A DNA stretch of 64,000 nucleotides from an uncultured Pelagibacteraceae bacterium (GTDB lineage Bacteria; Pseudomonadota; Alphaproteobacteria; Pelagibacterales; Pelagibacteraceae). Below the pieces are notes generated by a model. That model was not told the origin of the DNA, did no database searches, and was given only the letters and a program-made list of their open reading frames with translations. The translations under genes and the position numbers were made by a program. Numbering within the stretch: position 1 is the stretch's first letter; each line of letters starts with the position of its first letter. The stretch is taken from NCBI GenBank assembly GCA_902609705.1, contig CACLSX010000001.1:17271-81270 (forward strand). The letters are read 5' to 3'. Of this stretch, positions 20,234 through 29,075 are shown one piece after another.

Positions 20234-21703
20234 TTATGGTAAACAATCCAGATAAGTATCAAGATCCCATTGTGTTGTTGCACCCAAGAATTTTTCCCAC
20301 TCATCTCGTTTGTACCAATTAAATACTTTATACATTTCATCTGGCATTGATGATTTTATTACTTCATCTTCCGCCAATCTATCTAAAGCTTCACCTAAAC
20401 TTAGTGGAAGTTTTTTTACATCTTTACCAGCTTTTTGAGCTTCATATATATTTCTAGACTCAGGTTTGGCTGGTTTCATTTTTTTAGATATTCCTTCATC
20501 ACAAGCTTTAAGTAATGCTGCACCTAATAAATATGGATTATGCATAGAGTCAACTGATCTGTACTCGAATCTACCTGGAGCAGATACTCTTAGACCACAT
20601 GTTCTATTTTGATATCCCCAGTCAGCATATACTGGTGCCCAAAAACCTTGATCCCATAATCTTCTATATGAGTTCACTGTCGAAGAACCAATTGCTGTTA
20701 AAGCTGGTAAGTGTTTCATTATCCCTGCAATTGATTGTAATCCAATCTTTCCAGGCAATTGCATATCTTTAGTATCTGGCATGAAAGTATTAGTTCCACC
20801 GGATACATAGCTAAAAACTTCTTCTACACCTGGAAGTTTTTTGTTACCCAATTTGTTTACTGATACTTTTCCACCTTTCCACAAAGACATGTTGGTATGA
20901 CATCCACTTGCTGAAACTCCCATAAATGGTTTAGTCATAAAGCAAGCTATAAGATTATGTTCTCTTGCTACTTGAGCACAAATTTGTCTATACGTAGACA
21001 ATCTATCAGCATTTCTTAAAACATTATCAAATGTCCAGTTAAGCTCTAATTGACCAGGAGCATCTTCATGGTCACCTTGGATCATATCAAGACCCATCGC
21101 TTTTGCGTATTCAATAACCTTCATAAACACAGGTCTTAATGATTCAAATTGATCAATATGATAACAGAAAGGTTTTGAGAAACCTTGTCCAGTTGGAGTT
21201 CCGTCAGGATTTTTTGTTAACCACATCATTTCAGGCTCTGTTCCAACTCTTAATTCTAATCCATGTTTCTTTTTGAACTCATTCATGAAAATTCTAAGAT
21301 TACCTCTGCAGTCACTTGTTAAATGACCACCTGGATTTTTTCTTTCTTCTCTATTTCTAAAACATGTAACAAAAACTCTTCCAACTCTCTTATCCCAAGG
21401 CAATTGAACAAAAGTTTCTGGATCAGGTATTCCTACCAATTCCATAGCTTCTGGGCCGTAGCCAATATAATTATTATGACGATCTAAAAATAAGTTTGCT
21501 GTTGCTCCATAAACCAATTGAAAACCTTTTTCTGCAGTTCTTTCCCAGTGGTCTGCTGGTATTCCTTTTCCAACAACTCTTCCAGTTACTGAAATAAATT
21601 GATAATAGATATAAGTAATTCCTAATTCGTTTATTTTTTCTCTAACCTTTTTTACGAGTTTAGCTCTACCTGGTTGGTTTACGTGTTTTTCAAGATCCGT
21701 CAT
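20234..21703 (-). CDS. Second glutamine-synthetase-like gamma-glutamyl ligase
   Basis: GTEPE, DHEDAPGQLELN, KPF...SASGCH, NSYRRL, NRT, RFEYR; flap region reads GFWAP. Confidence 0.85.
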   Translation of the reverse strand: MTDLEKHVNQPGRAKLVKKVREKINELGITYIYYQFISVTGRVVGKGIPADHWERTAEKGFQLVYGATANLFLDRHNNYIGYGPEAMELVGIPDPETFVQLPWDKRVGRVFVTCFRNREERKNPGGHLTSDCRGNLRIFMNEFKKKHGLELRVGTEPEMMWLTKNPDGTPTGQGFSKPFCYHIDQFESLRPVFMKVIEYAKAMGLDMIQGDHEDAPGQLELNWTFDNVLRNADRLSTYRQICAQVAREHNLIACFMTKPFMGVSASGCHTNMSLWKGGKVSVNKLGNKKLPGVEEVFSYVSGGTNTFMPDTKDMQLPGKIGLQSIAGIMKHLPALTAIGSSTVNSYRRLWDQGFWAPVYADWGYQNRTCGLRVSAPGRFEYRSVDSMHNPYLLGAALLKACDEGISKKMKPAKPESRNIYEAQKAGKDVKKLPLSLGEALDRLAEDEVIKSSMPDEMYKVFNWYKRDEWEKFLGATTQWDLDTYLDCLP

Positions 21704-21731
21704 TCTTCCCCCTTTGAATTTTCAGATCAAA

Positions 21732-21760
21732 AAGGTAACTGAAAAAAAAACGTTTGTCTA
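21732..21760 (-). promoter_or_regulatory. Putative sigma70 promoter for the GS2-glxBCD operon
   Basis: TAGACA-N17-TACCTT on the minus strand; SD-like AAGGGGG before the ATG. Confidence 0.35.
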
Positions 21761-21770
21761 CTTAGATAAA

Positions 21771-23099
21771 TTAGCTCCAAGGAAACGGACTGTTCGATGT
21801 CGGATGAAGTTTTCCTTTTTCATATCTATCGAACCTGAACGGTTTTAATAATTCACTTTCTTGACCTAAAATTTCTTGTGCAACAAGGTGTCCAACACCT
21901 ATCATTTTATAACCATGATTTGCATCTGCAATCATGTAAACATTTTCAAAAAATCTATCAAATATTGGGAATGAATCTGGAGTTAAACATCCCAATCCTC
22001 CTGATGGTCCCTTTCTATACAAATGAGATTTACCAACAAAACGTTTTTGAATATGTGCTAGTGCTGAAGTCCACATGTCAGAAAATTTATCGGTAGTTTG
22101 ATATTCTGGAGAGTCTATTCCATATGGATCAACATTAACTTCATCAAAATGTTTTTGAACAATATAAGGTGATGTTCCACCTTGAACTCCCAAACCTTCA
22201 ATATCAGGTTTATAATAAATACCCCATAAGTCTTCTGTAATTATTTTACCATCTTTATCAGAATAAAGTGGTGCATCTGTATCAACATGAATTACTGGAG
22301 GTGGTTTACCTTCATTAGTTTTTAAATAATCTGCATCTACACCCAATACACCTTCTTGTAAAAACCAGTACTTCCACATTTCAACTTCATGCATTTTTCC
22401 ATTTTTAGCATCTTTTATGTTTGTTGTTTTTGGTAACTCCAACATATTCCAAAAATCTCTTACCCATGGTCCAGCTCCAATAACTACCTGATCACAATCA
22501 ATTGTTCCTTTGTCTGTAACTACACCAGTAATTGCATTGCTATTACTTCCTCTTTTAAAACCTGTAACCTTTACTCCTTTATGAACGTTTACACCGTTGG
22601 AATTTGCTTTTTTCTCTAATGCTTTAATTGAATCTTTATTAAATGCGTATCCACCTTTCTTTTCATGTAAGACTGATGTAATTCCTTTTGCTTGCCAATC
22701 ACTAAAAATTCCTTGCATATATTTCATGCAATCTTTTTCACCTTCTATAAATTCTGACTCATATCCAATAGCTTTTTGTTGTTCGTAAATACTTGCAACA
22801 TCTTTATGCATTACTTCTGGAGAAATTTGCATATAGCCGACAGCATTATATTTAAATGCCTCTGGATCACTCTCCCAAACACTAACTGAATGAGCCATTA
22901 ATTCTCTCATTGCTGGTTGAAAATAATTGTTTCTAACAACTCCACATGCAATTCCACTTGCACCTGCAGCAGTGTCTTTCTTTTCTAAGACAACTACATC
23001 GTTTGGATTTTTATATTTTTCGGAAAGTTTCCAAGCAGTACTTAACCCGTGAATTCCTCCACCAATTATGACAACTTTTGCTTTTGTCGGTAACGACAT
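21771..23099 (-). CDS. FAD-dependent oxidoreductase (DAO/sarcosine-oxidase-beta/DMG-dehydrogenase-like, no GcvT domain)
   Basis: IIGGGIHG dinucleotide motif, GASGIACG, GAGPW, TPD..P, HGYK. Confidence 0.85.
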   Translation of the reverse strand: MSLPTKAKVVIIGGGIHGLSTAWKLSEKYKNPNDVVVLEKKDTAAGASGIACGVVRNNYFQPAMRELMAHSVSVWESDPEAFKYNAVGYMQISPEVMHKDVASIYEQQKAIGYESEFIEGEKDCMKYMQGIFSDWQAKGITSVLHEKKGGYAFNKDSIKALEKKANSNGVNVHKGVKVTGFKRGSNSNAITGVVTDKGTIDCDQVVIGAGPWVRDFWNMLELPKTTNIKDAKNGKMHEVEMWKYWFLQEGVLGVDADYLKTNEGKPPPVIHVDTDAPLYSDKDGKIITEDLWGIYYKPDIEGLGVQGGTSPYIVQKHFDEVNVDPYGIDSPEYQTTDKFSDMWTSALAHIQKRFVGKSHLYRKGPSGGLGCLTPDSFPIFDRFFENVYMIADANHGYKMIGVGHLVAQEILGQESELLKPFRFDRYEKGKLHPTSNSPFPWS

Positions 23100-23188
23100 G
23101 TTTGAACTTTAATTTTTTAACAAAGGAAAGAATATAATAATTTTTATATATAATTTATATAAATTCTAAATATTTATGAGATTTTTAT

Positions 23189-23539
23189 TTAAAAACTCAA
23201 ATTTTTGAGAGTTTTTAAATATTCGTTAAATTCATTTACAAAATTCTGTGTGGGTAAAACATGCTTTTTTCTATGGTCATTTCCTGTTTTCTCGAGATAA
23301 AAAAATTCTTTATCACATGCTTCTTTGATCATTAGTGCAGATTTCGGTCTAGAGGTTTTGAAAAGTCTAGTCTTAAGTTCTTCGACAGATAAGTTTTCAT
23401 TTAACTTATAGGAATTCATTACAATTAGCATCATATGATAATGTGAAGGAGATTTTCTGAAAAAGTAATTACTGGATGTATGGGATAGTTTCATTTGATC
23501 TTCCCAAAATTCCAGTAAATCTTTTGATGATTTTGACAT
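23189..23539 (-). CDS. Putative MarR-like winged-helix protein
   Basis: 116 aa; LSVEEL...SRPK helix pair and wing motif DHRKKHVLPT; TAATG-coupled to tdm. Confidence 0.55.
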   Translation of the reverse strand: MSKSSKDLLEFWEDQMKLSHTSSNYFFRKSPSHYHMMLIVMNSYKLNENLSVEELKTRLFKTSRPKSALMIKEACDKEFFYLEKTGNDHRKKHVLPTQNFVNEFNEYLKTLKNLSF

Positions 23540-25878
23540 TAAGATTTTACACGTGTTTTTTGAGGATCATAATGTGGAAAACCAACAACTTTGGCAGGTA
23601 TTCTTTTTTGATGTCCGTCAATTTTCCCAACTTCAACATTCGTACCTATATTTGAATGACCTACATCAATTCTACACAATGCAATATTTTTATTCAAAGT
23701 AGGAGATAGACATCCACTTGTAACTACGCCAACTTGGGATCTTCCAATATGAACGCAATCACCGTGATTAGCTTTTTCTTTGCCTACAAGTTCTAATCCA
23801 ACTAATTTCTTTTGCGGATTTTCTTTTCTCTTTATTAATGCGTCTTTACCAATGAAATCTGCTGTTTTTGTTTTTAAAGGAACCGTAAATCCAACACCAG
23901 CTTCAAATGGGTCAACTTGGCCGTCAAATTCATTACCAAATAATATTAGACCAGCTTCAATTCTTAATAAATCTAATGCTCCAAAACCAGCAGGTATTAA
24001 CCCTTCATCTTTGCCAGCTTCCATAAGCACATCCCAAACTGCTGGCGCATCAGTGGGATGACACCATATTTCATATCCTAATTCACCGGTGTATCCAGTT
24101 CTAGAAACAATTAATGGAATTCCACTAAGCTCTTTTACTCTGCAGATTGTAAACCTAAACCATTGTAATTCTGAAATAGAAGGTTGTGTTGGTGGAGTAA
24201 AAATAAACTTTTCTAAAATTTTTCTACTATTTGGTCCTTGTAGAGAAATATTATTTATTTGATCAGTAGAGTTTTTAATTAAAACATTAAACTTTTTCTT
24301 TTTTGCCTGATCTTTTAACCACTCACCTGCATATTCATCACCACATACCCATCTAAATCCATGATCATTCATTTTTAACAATGTTCCATCATCAAACATA
24401 GAACCATTTTCATAACACATCGAAGAATAAACAATTTGTCCAACTGATAATTTTTTAACATTTCTAGTTAAAGTATAGTCCATTAATTCTTCTGCATCCG
24501 GACCTAATATTTCAAATTTTCTTAAAGAAGATAAATCAATTAAAACTGCTTTTTCTCTACACGCTGTATATTCATTTATTACTCCGTGTTTAGTGTAATC
24601 ATTGGGCAACCAATATCCTCTAGCATCAACAAAGTTTCTTGTTAGCTTAGAAGTTCTTTCATGAAATCCTGTATTTTTTGTTAGTTTTAGTTCTGAGTCT
24701 GGTTTCATTCTAAATGCAAAAGATTTTGTAAATTCTCTTTTTTTTTCATAAGTTCTAACAAAAATATCTGTAGGGTTCCATGAATTACATGGATCTATAT
24801 CACTTGGACAGGCTGATGTTCCGCAGGTTAAATCTTTTAAAGCTCTTAATATTACATAATCTCCAGGTCTAGCAAATGATTCATCAGAAAGCACAGTATT
24901 TAAACCTCCTGCCGAAGTATTAAAAAATAAATTTATAGCGTGCCATCCTTTTTGTCTATTAACTCCAAAATTTTCCATAGCACCACTTAAGTTATCTGAG
25001 CAATTTGGATGTCCAAAATAACCAGCGTCTTCGTAGTACTTTGATGTACAAGCAAGATTAAAAGTGTCATGTCTACCAACAGTATCTCTTATTACCTCTA
25101 CTAAAGGTTCATGATCTGTATCATAAAATTTCGAATACAATCCCGGTCCTGGAAAAGTATTACCCATAAAGGTCCTGGTTGTTTGCCAATCTAAACCTTT
25201 CTCTACACCTTTACCTAACTTAGCTGTATCGAAAGCAACAAAATCTGAACATTGTCTACCAGTTGGACAAATTATTTGAATATAATCTCCTTCTTTAACT
25301 TCAAAAGAAATCGCTGATTGTTTTGCAATATTTTTTTCGTCTAGAGGATCAAAAATTGGATCTGGAATTATTCTATGTTCTTTATAATCAACAATATTAT
25401 TTCTTTTAATAAATAAAGTTAGTTCAGTAGGAGGATTTTGTTCATGAACCAACATATCATTACCAGGTGCAGAAAAAATGCAATAACATTTGTCTTTTGA
25501 AGTTATTTTAATCTTTTCTCCTGGTGGAGTGTCTTTATCAAAAAGGATAGAAGATTTAGATTTTGCAATTTTAAGATTTCTTTTTTCTAATTGGCGCAAA
25601 GCAATTTTCGAACTTTCTTCATTTCTATTTAAAATTTTAATTATATCATTTTCTGATTTAGATGATTTTAAATTTAAAATTGATGGATCTGAATTTCCAT
25701 CAGAATTAAAAACAACTACTTCACAAATTTGATTTCCTTCATTATTAATAATTTCAATTTCATCATCAGGAAAAACCTGAACTCCTGTTAATCCACCGCC
25801 ATTAACTACATATCTTTCAACTCCAGGTGGCAAAACATTTAAACCAGGTTCATTTATTCTTAAATTTTCTTCTAACAT
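23539..25878 (-). CDS. tdm: Trimethylamine N-oxide demethylase (DUF1989 + GcvT fusion)
   Basis: GRQCSDF, ACTSKYYE..GY.GHPNCSDN, SACPSDIDP.N.WNPTDI, then GcvT motifs DLSSLRKFE, SRTGYTGELGYE, LRIEAG; divergent from tmoX. Confidence 0.9.
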   Translation of the reverse strand: MLEENLRINEPGLNVLPPGVERYVVNGGGLTGVQVFPDDEIEIINNEGNQICEVVVFNSDGNSDPSILNLKSSKSENDIIKILNRNEESSKIALRQLEKRNLKIAKSKSSILFDKDTPPGEKIKITSKDKCYCIFSAPGNDMLVHEQNPPTELTLFIKRNNIVDYKEHRIIPDPIFDPLDEKNIAKQSAISFEVKEGDYIQIICPTGRQCSDFVAFDTAKLGKGVEKGLDWQTTRTFMGNTFPGPGLYSKFYDTDHEPLVEVIRDTVGRHDTFNLACTSKYYEDAGYFGHPNCSDNLSGAMENFGVNRQKGWHAINLFFNTSAGGLNTVLSDESFARPGDYVILRALKDLTCGTSACPSDIDPCNSWNPTDIFVRTYEKKREFTKSFAFRMKPDSELKLTKNTGFHERTSKLTRNFVDARGYWLPNDYTKHGVINEYTACREKAVLIDLSSLRKFEILGPDAEELMDYTLTRNVKKLSVGQIVYSSMCYENGSMFDDGTLLKMNDHGFRWVCGDEYAGEWLKDQAKKKKFNVLIKNSTDQINNISLQGPNSRKILEKFIFTPPTQPSISELQWFRFTICRVKELSGIPLIVSRTGYTGELGYEIWCHPTDAPAVWDVLMEAGKDEGLIPAGFGALDLLRIEAGLILFGNEFDGQVDPFEAGVGFTVPLKTKTADFIGKDALIKRKENPQKKLVGLELVGKEKANHGDCVHIGRSQVGVVTSGCLSPTLNKNIALCRIDVGHSNIGTNVEVGKIDGHQKRIPAKVVGFPHYDPQKTRVKS

Positions 25879-25910
25879 TTTAAATCAATGATTACTTATG
25901 TTTAAGAATA

Positions 25911-25924
25911 AATCAGTACTGATT
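25911..25924. promoter_or_regulatory. Perfect 14-bp palindrome, candidate operator in the tdm/tmoX divergent region
   Basis: AATCAGTACTGATT; related site TTAGTACCAA at 25942-25951. Confidence 0.45.
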
Positions 25925-25957
25925 AATTGTATATATAAATTTTAGTACCAACTTTTG

Positions 25958-25986
25958 TTGACTGTGAGATTAAATTTAAGGATACT
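25958..25986 (+). promoter_or_regulatory. Putative sigma70 promoter for tmoX
   Basis: TTGACT-N17-GATACT; SD GAGGAG before ATG 26020. Confidence 0.55.
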
Positions 25987-26019
25987 TACTTACTTAATAT
26001 ATTAAGAGAGGAGAAATAA

Positions 26020-26964
26020 ATGAAGAAAATACTATCTTTACTCTCAGCTATAGTAATTACTGTAGTAAGCTTTGCAGGAATATCTAACGCTGACAGTAAA
26101 AAACCCATAGTGATCCCAACTCATAACTGGTCAAGTCAAATTGTTATGGCCTATGTTATTGGTGGAATCTTTGAAAGCATGGGTAACAATGTTAAATATG
26201 TAAATGCTGACTCTCAAGCGGTTTACGAGTCAATTAGAATTGGTGATGTAACTATATCTCATGAGGTATGGGAATCTGCTTTCGGTAAGTCATTTACAAC
26301 AGCTTTGGACAAAGGTGGTTTGTTAGACTGGGGTGATCATGAAGCAAGAACTCTTGAGGATATGGGATATCCAAACTGGGTTGTTGAAAAAGGTCTATGT
26401 CCAGGTCTACCAGATTGGACAGCTCTAAAAAATCCAGACTGTGCAAAAAACTTTACAACACCTGACTCTCCAGATGGAAAAGGAAGAATGTTGGAAGGAC
26501 CACAAACTTGGCATGGTGACTTAATCCCTCAAAGGATTGATGCACTAGGCTTAGGTGATTTATGGTGGGTTAAGTTTGCTGGAGGTGCTGATGCACTTTG
26601 GGCAGAGTTAGCAGCTGCTGAAAAAGAAGGAAGAGGAACTATAATTTTCAACTGGACACCAAACTTTACTGATGGTGCTGGTTTTACATTTATCGACTTC
26701 CCTCCATACACAGCTGGTTGCAGACCAGCAGATGGTGGTGACGGAAAATGTGGTTCTCCGGATGGTTATTTGAAAAAAGCAGTACACGAAGATTTTCCAA
26801 AAACTCATCCAGATGCAGCAGCAGCGTTTAAAAAATTGTCATTTTCAACAAGTCAAATTGGTGCAATGGCAGCTTTAGTAGACGTTGATAAAATGACTCA
26901 CGAAGATGCAGCTAAAAAATGGTTAGCTGATAACGAGTCAACTTGGAAAGCTTTCCTTAAATAA
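26020..26964 (+). CDS. tmoX: TMAO/betaine-type ABC substrate-binding protein
   Basis: Signal peptide; HNWSSQ, HEVWE, LCPGLPDW.AL, FNWTPNF; OpuAC-like and adjacent to tdm. Confidence 0.85.
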   Translation: MKKILSLLSAIVITVVSFAGISNADSKKPIVIPTHNWSSQIVMAYVIGGIFESMGNNVKYVNADSQAVYESIRIGDVTISHEVWESAFGKSFTTALDKGGLLDWGDHEARTLEDMGYPNWVVEKGLCPGLPDWTALKNPDCAKNFTTPDSPDGKGRMLEGPQTWHGDLIPQRIDALGLGDLWWVKFAGGADALWAELAAAEKEGRGTIIFNWTPNFTDGAGFTFIDFPPYTAGCRPADGGDGKCGSPDGYLKKAVHEDFPKTHPDAAAAFKKLSFSTSQIGAMAALVDVDKMTHEDAAKKWLADNESTWKAFLK

Positions 26965-26983
26965 GGATAAAAGTTAAAAAAAT

Positions 26984-27022
26984 AAGATCTCCTCCAATTC
27001 TGTTGGGGGGGGATTTTTTTTT
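26984..27022 (+). terminator. Hairpin/terminator after tmoX
   Basis: AAGATCTCCTCCAA-ttctg-TTGGGGGGGGATTTT (with G-U pairs) followed by a T run. Confidence 0.7.
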
Positions 27023-27047
27023 ATAAAGATTTGTGTAAAATACAGTT

Positions 27048-27425
27048 ATGAGAAAATATCTTTTTTACATTTTTTTAAGTTTATTAATAAGCTCATCAGT
27101 TTTCGCTCGAAGCACCGGATGCAAAGAAGGTAACTGTGAAAATGGATATGGAAAATGGGTTTATACAGATAAAACTACTTATGAAGGTGAGTGGGTAGGA
27201 ACAAAAAAAAATGGTCAAGGTGTAGAAACATGGCCAAACGGATATATCTATAAAGGTGAGTTTAAAAATAGCGTTTGGAGTGGAGTTGGAACTTTAACTT
27301 TCCCAGATGGGTCTACTTATGAAGGAGAGTGGTCTAATGGTTTTATGAATGGCGAGGGAACATTTACTTGGGCTAATGGAGACCAAAAAATAGGAATTTG
27401 GAAAAACGGTAAATTACAAGATTAA
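27048..27425 (+). CDS. Secreted MORN-repeat protein
   Basis: Signal peptide; YEGEW..G.KNGQG, YKGEF..S..SG.G, YEGEWSNG..NGEG repeats. Confidence 0.85.
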   Translation: MRKYLFYIFLSLLISSSVFARSTGCKEGNCENGYGKWVYTDKTTYEGEWVGTKKNGQGVETWPNGYIYKGEFKNSVWSGVGTLTFPDGSTYEGEWSNGFMNGEGTFTWANGDQKIGIWKNGKLQD

Positions 27426-27976
27426 TGTCGAACGAAAATTCATTTAATAGATTAAAAGGATTACCCGAGAACATAAAACAATTTATAGGACTAATAATTT
27501 TAACAATAGTCATAATTTCTTCTTTTGCTATTTTAAATAATATATTTAGTGAGGGTGATGAATTAGTTAGAAAAATGAAGTTGGAAGAAGAGAGAATTGC
27601 AAAAGAGAGAAAACTAAGTGCATTAATTTCAAAACTTCCCTCGGGTATATTAGTAACTTTTGATGGTACTGATCATTATAAATTATCAGATGAATTGTAT
27701 GAGGGAGTGTGTAATGCTACAAAGCTTATCCCCCAAAGAGCAATAATGGGTGCAAATTTCTTAAATTTTAGAGCACATGAAATTTATACTATTAACGGCA
27801 ATAAGATTGATGAAACATTTGTTGAATGGGATGCTGAAAAAAAGAAATGTTTTGCAGGTTTTACAGTTAGTGGAAATAACGTAGGAGTAGACGAAACAAT
27901 TAAAGTAAGCGGTGAAGCCTTAAGTTTTTTAAGTACTGGAATTGATACAAGGGTTTATTTTATTAAAAATTTTTAA
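27425..27976 (+). CDS. Membrane-anchored hypothetical protein
   Basis: One TM segment, short coiled segment, two Cys in the soluble domain; TAATG-coupled to the MORN gene. Confidence 0.65.
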   Translation: MSNENSFNRLKGLPENIKQFIGLIILTIVIISSFAILNNIFSEGDELVRKMKLEEERIAKERKLSALISKLPSGILVTFDGTDHYKLSDELYEGVCNATKLIPQRAIMGANFLNFRAHEIYTINGNKIDETFVEWDAEKKKCFAGFTVSGNNVGVDETIKVSGEALSFLSTGIDTRVYFIKNF

Positions 27977-28040
27977 TGGAAATAAGCTTCAATTATATTG
28001 ATTTTAATTTAATTAATTTTCGTATATTTTTATAAGAAAT

Positions 28041-29072
28041 ATGTCTGAAGCAGTAATCAAATGCGAAGCAGTTTATAAAATTTTTGGTGAAAACGCCAAA
28101 AAGATGCTTCAAGATTCAAATGGTAATGTTGATGCTAAAACATTTCAAGAAAATGGTTGTATAGTAGGTGTTAACAATGCCTCTTTTGAAGTGGCAAAAG
28201 GAGAGATGCTTGTTGTAATGGGCTTGTCTGGATCTGGTAAGTCAACTTTACTAAGGTGTATATCAAGATTAACAGATGCAACAGGTGGAAAAATTTTCAT
28301 TGAAGGTCAAGATTTATTAAATTTAAATAATAAAGAATTAATTGAGCTTAGAAGAAACAAAATGGGAATGGTTTTCCAAAGTTTTGCTCTTCTTCCACAC
28401 AAAACCGTTGTAGAAAATATAGCTTTTCCTCTTCAAATCAAAGGTATCAAAACTGAGGAGAGCATTAATAAAGCAATGGAGATGGTTAAATTAGTTGGAC
28501 TTGATGGAAGAGAAAATTATTTTCCAAGAGAACTTTCAGGTGGACAACAACAAAGAGTGGGTATTGCAAGATCTCTAGCAGTTGAACCCGATATATGGTT
28601 TTTAGATGAACCTTTTTCTGCTTTAGATCCATTAATTAGAAAAGAAATGCAAGATGAATTTTTAAGACTTCAAGAAAAATTACAAAAAACAATTATGTTT
28701 ATTACTCATGATTTTGATGAAGCATTAAAACTTGCTGATCGAATTGCAATTATGAAAGATGGTATAATTGAACAACTAGATACACCTGCAAATATAGTTT
28801 TAAACCCAGCCACAGAATATGTAAGAAAATTTACTGAAGAAGTACCTAGAGAAAAAGTTTTATTAATTGAAGATGTAATGGATGAATCTATATCTAATAA
28901 TCTAGGTGATGTTAAAGTTTCAAAAGATGAAATCATAGAAAATGTTGCAGAAAAAATATTAACGCAAGAAAAATCTGTAGCAGTTATAGATGAAAATAAT
29001 AAAACCGTTGGGTCAATCAACCCGACAAAAATAATAAATACTGTCTTTGGCGGAAGAAAGAACGGAAAATAA
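28041..29072 (+). CDS. tmoW: ProV/OpuAA-type ABC ATPase of the TMAO transporter
   Basis: GLSGSGKST, LSGGQQQR, DEPFSALDPLIR, HDFDEA. Confidence 0.85.
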   Translation: MSEAVIKCEAVYKIFGENAKKMLQDSNGNVDAKTFQENGCIVGVNNASFEVAKGEMLVVMGLSGSGKSTLLRCISRLTDATGGKIFIEGQDLLNLNNKELIELRRNKMGMVFQSFALLPHKTVVENIAFPLQIKGIKTEESINKAMEMVKLVGLDGRENYFPRELSGGQQQRVGIARSLAVEPDIWFLDEPFSALDPLIRKEMQDEFLRLQEKLQKTIMFITHDFDEALKLADRIAIMKDGIIEQLDTPANIVLNPATEYVRKFTEEVPREKVLLIEDVMDESISNNLGDVKVSKDEIIENVAEKILTQEKSVAVIDENNKTVGSINPTKIINTVFGGRKNGK

Positions 29073-29075
29073 ATT

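Noticed and set aside
17041-21703. Ordinary GS/GOGAT ammonium assimilation operon
   Set aside because: The GS lacks the Glu flap, the glutamate-synthase domains are split GlxBCD-type with no gltD, and the context is methylamine metabolism
23539-25878. Glycine cleavage T protein
   Set aside because: Long DUF1989-type N-terminal region with Cys motifs and adjacency to tmoX indicate Tdm; no gcvH/gcvP
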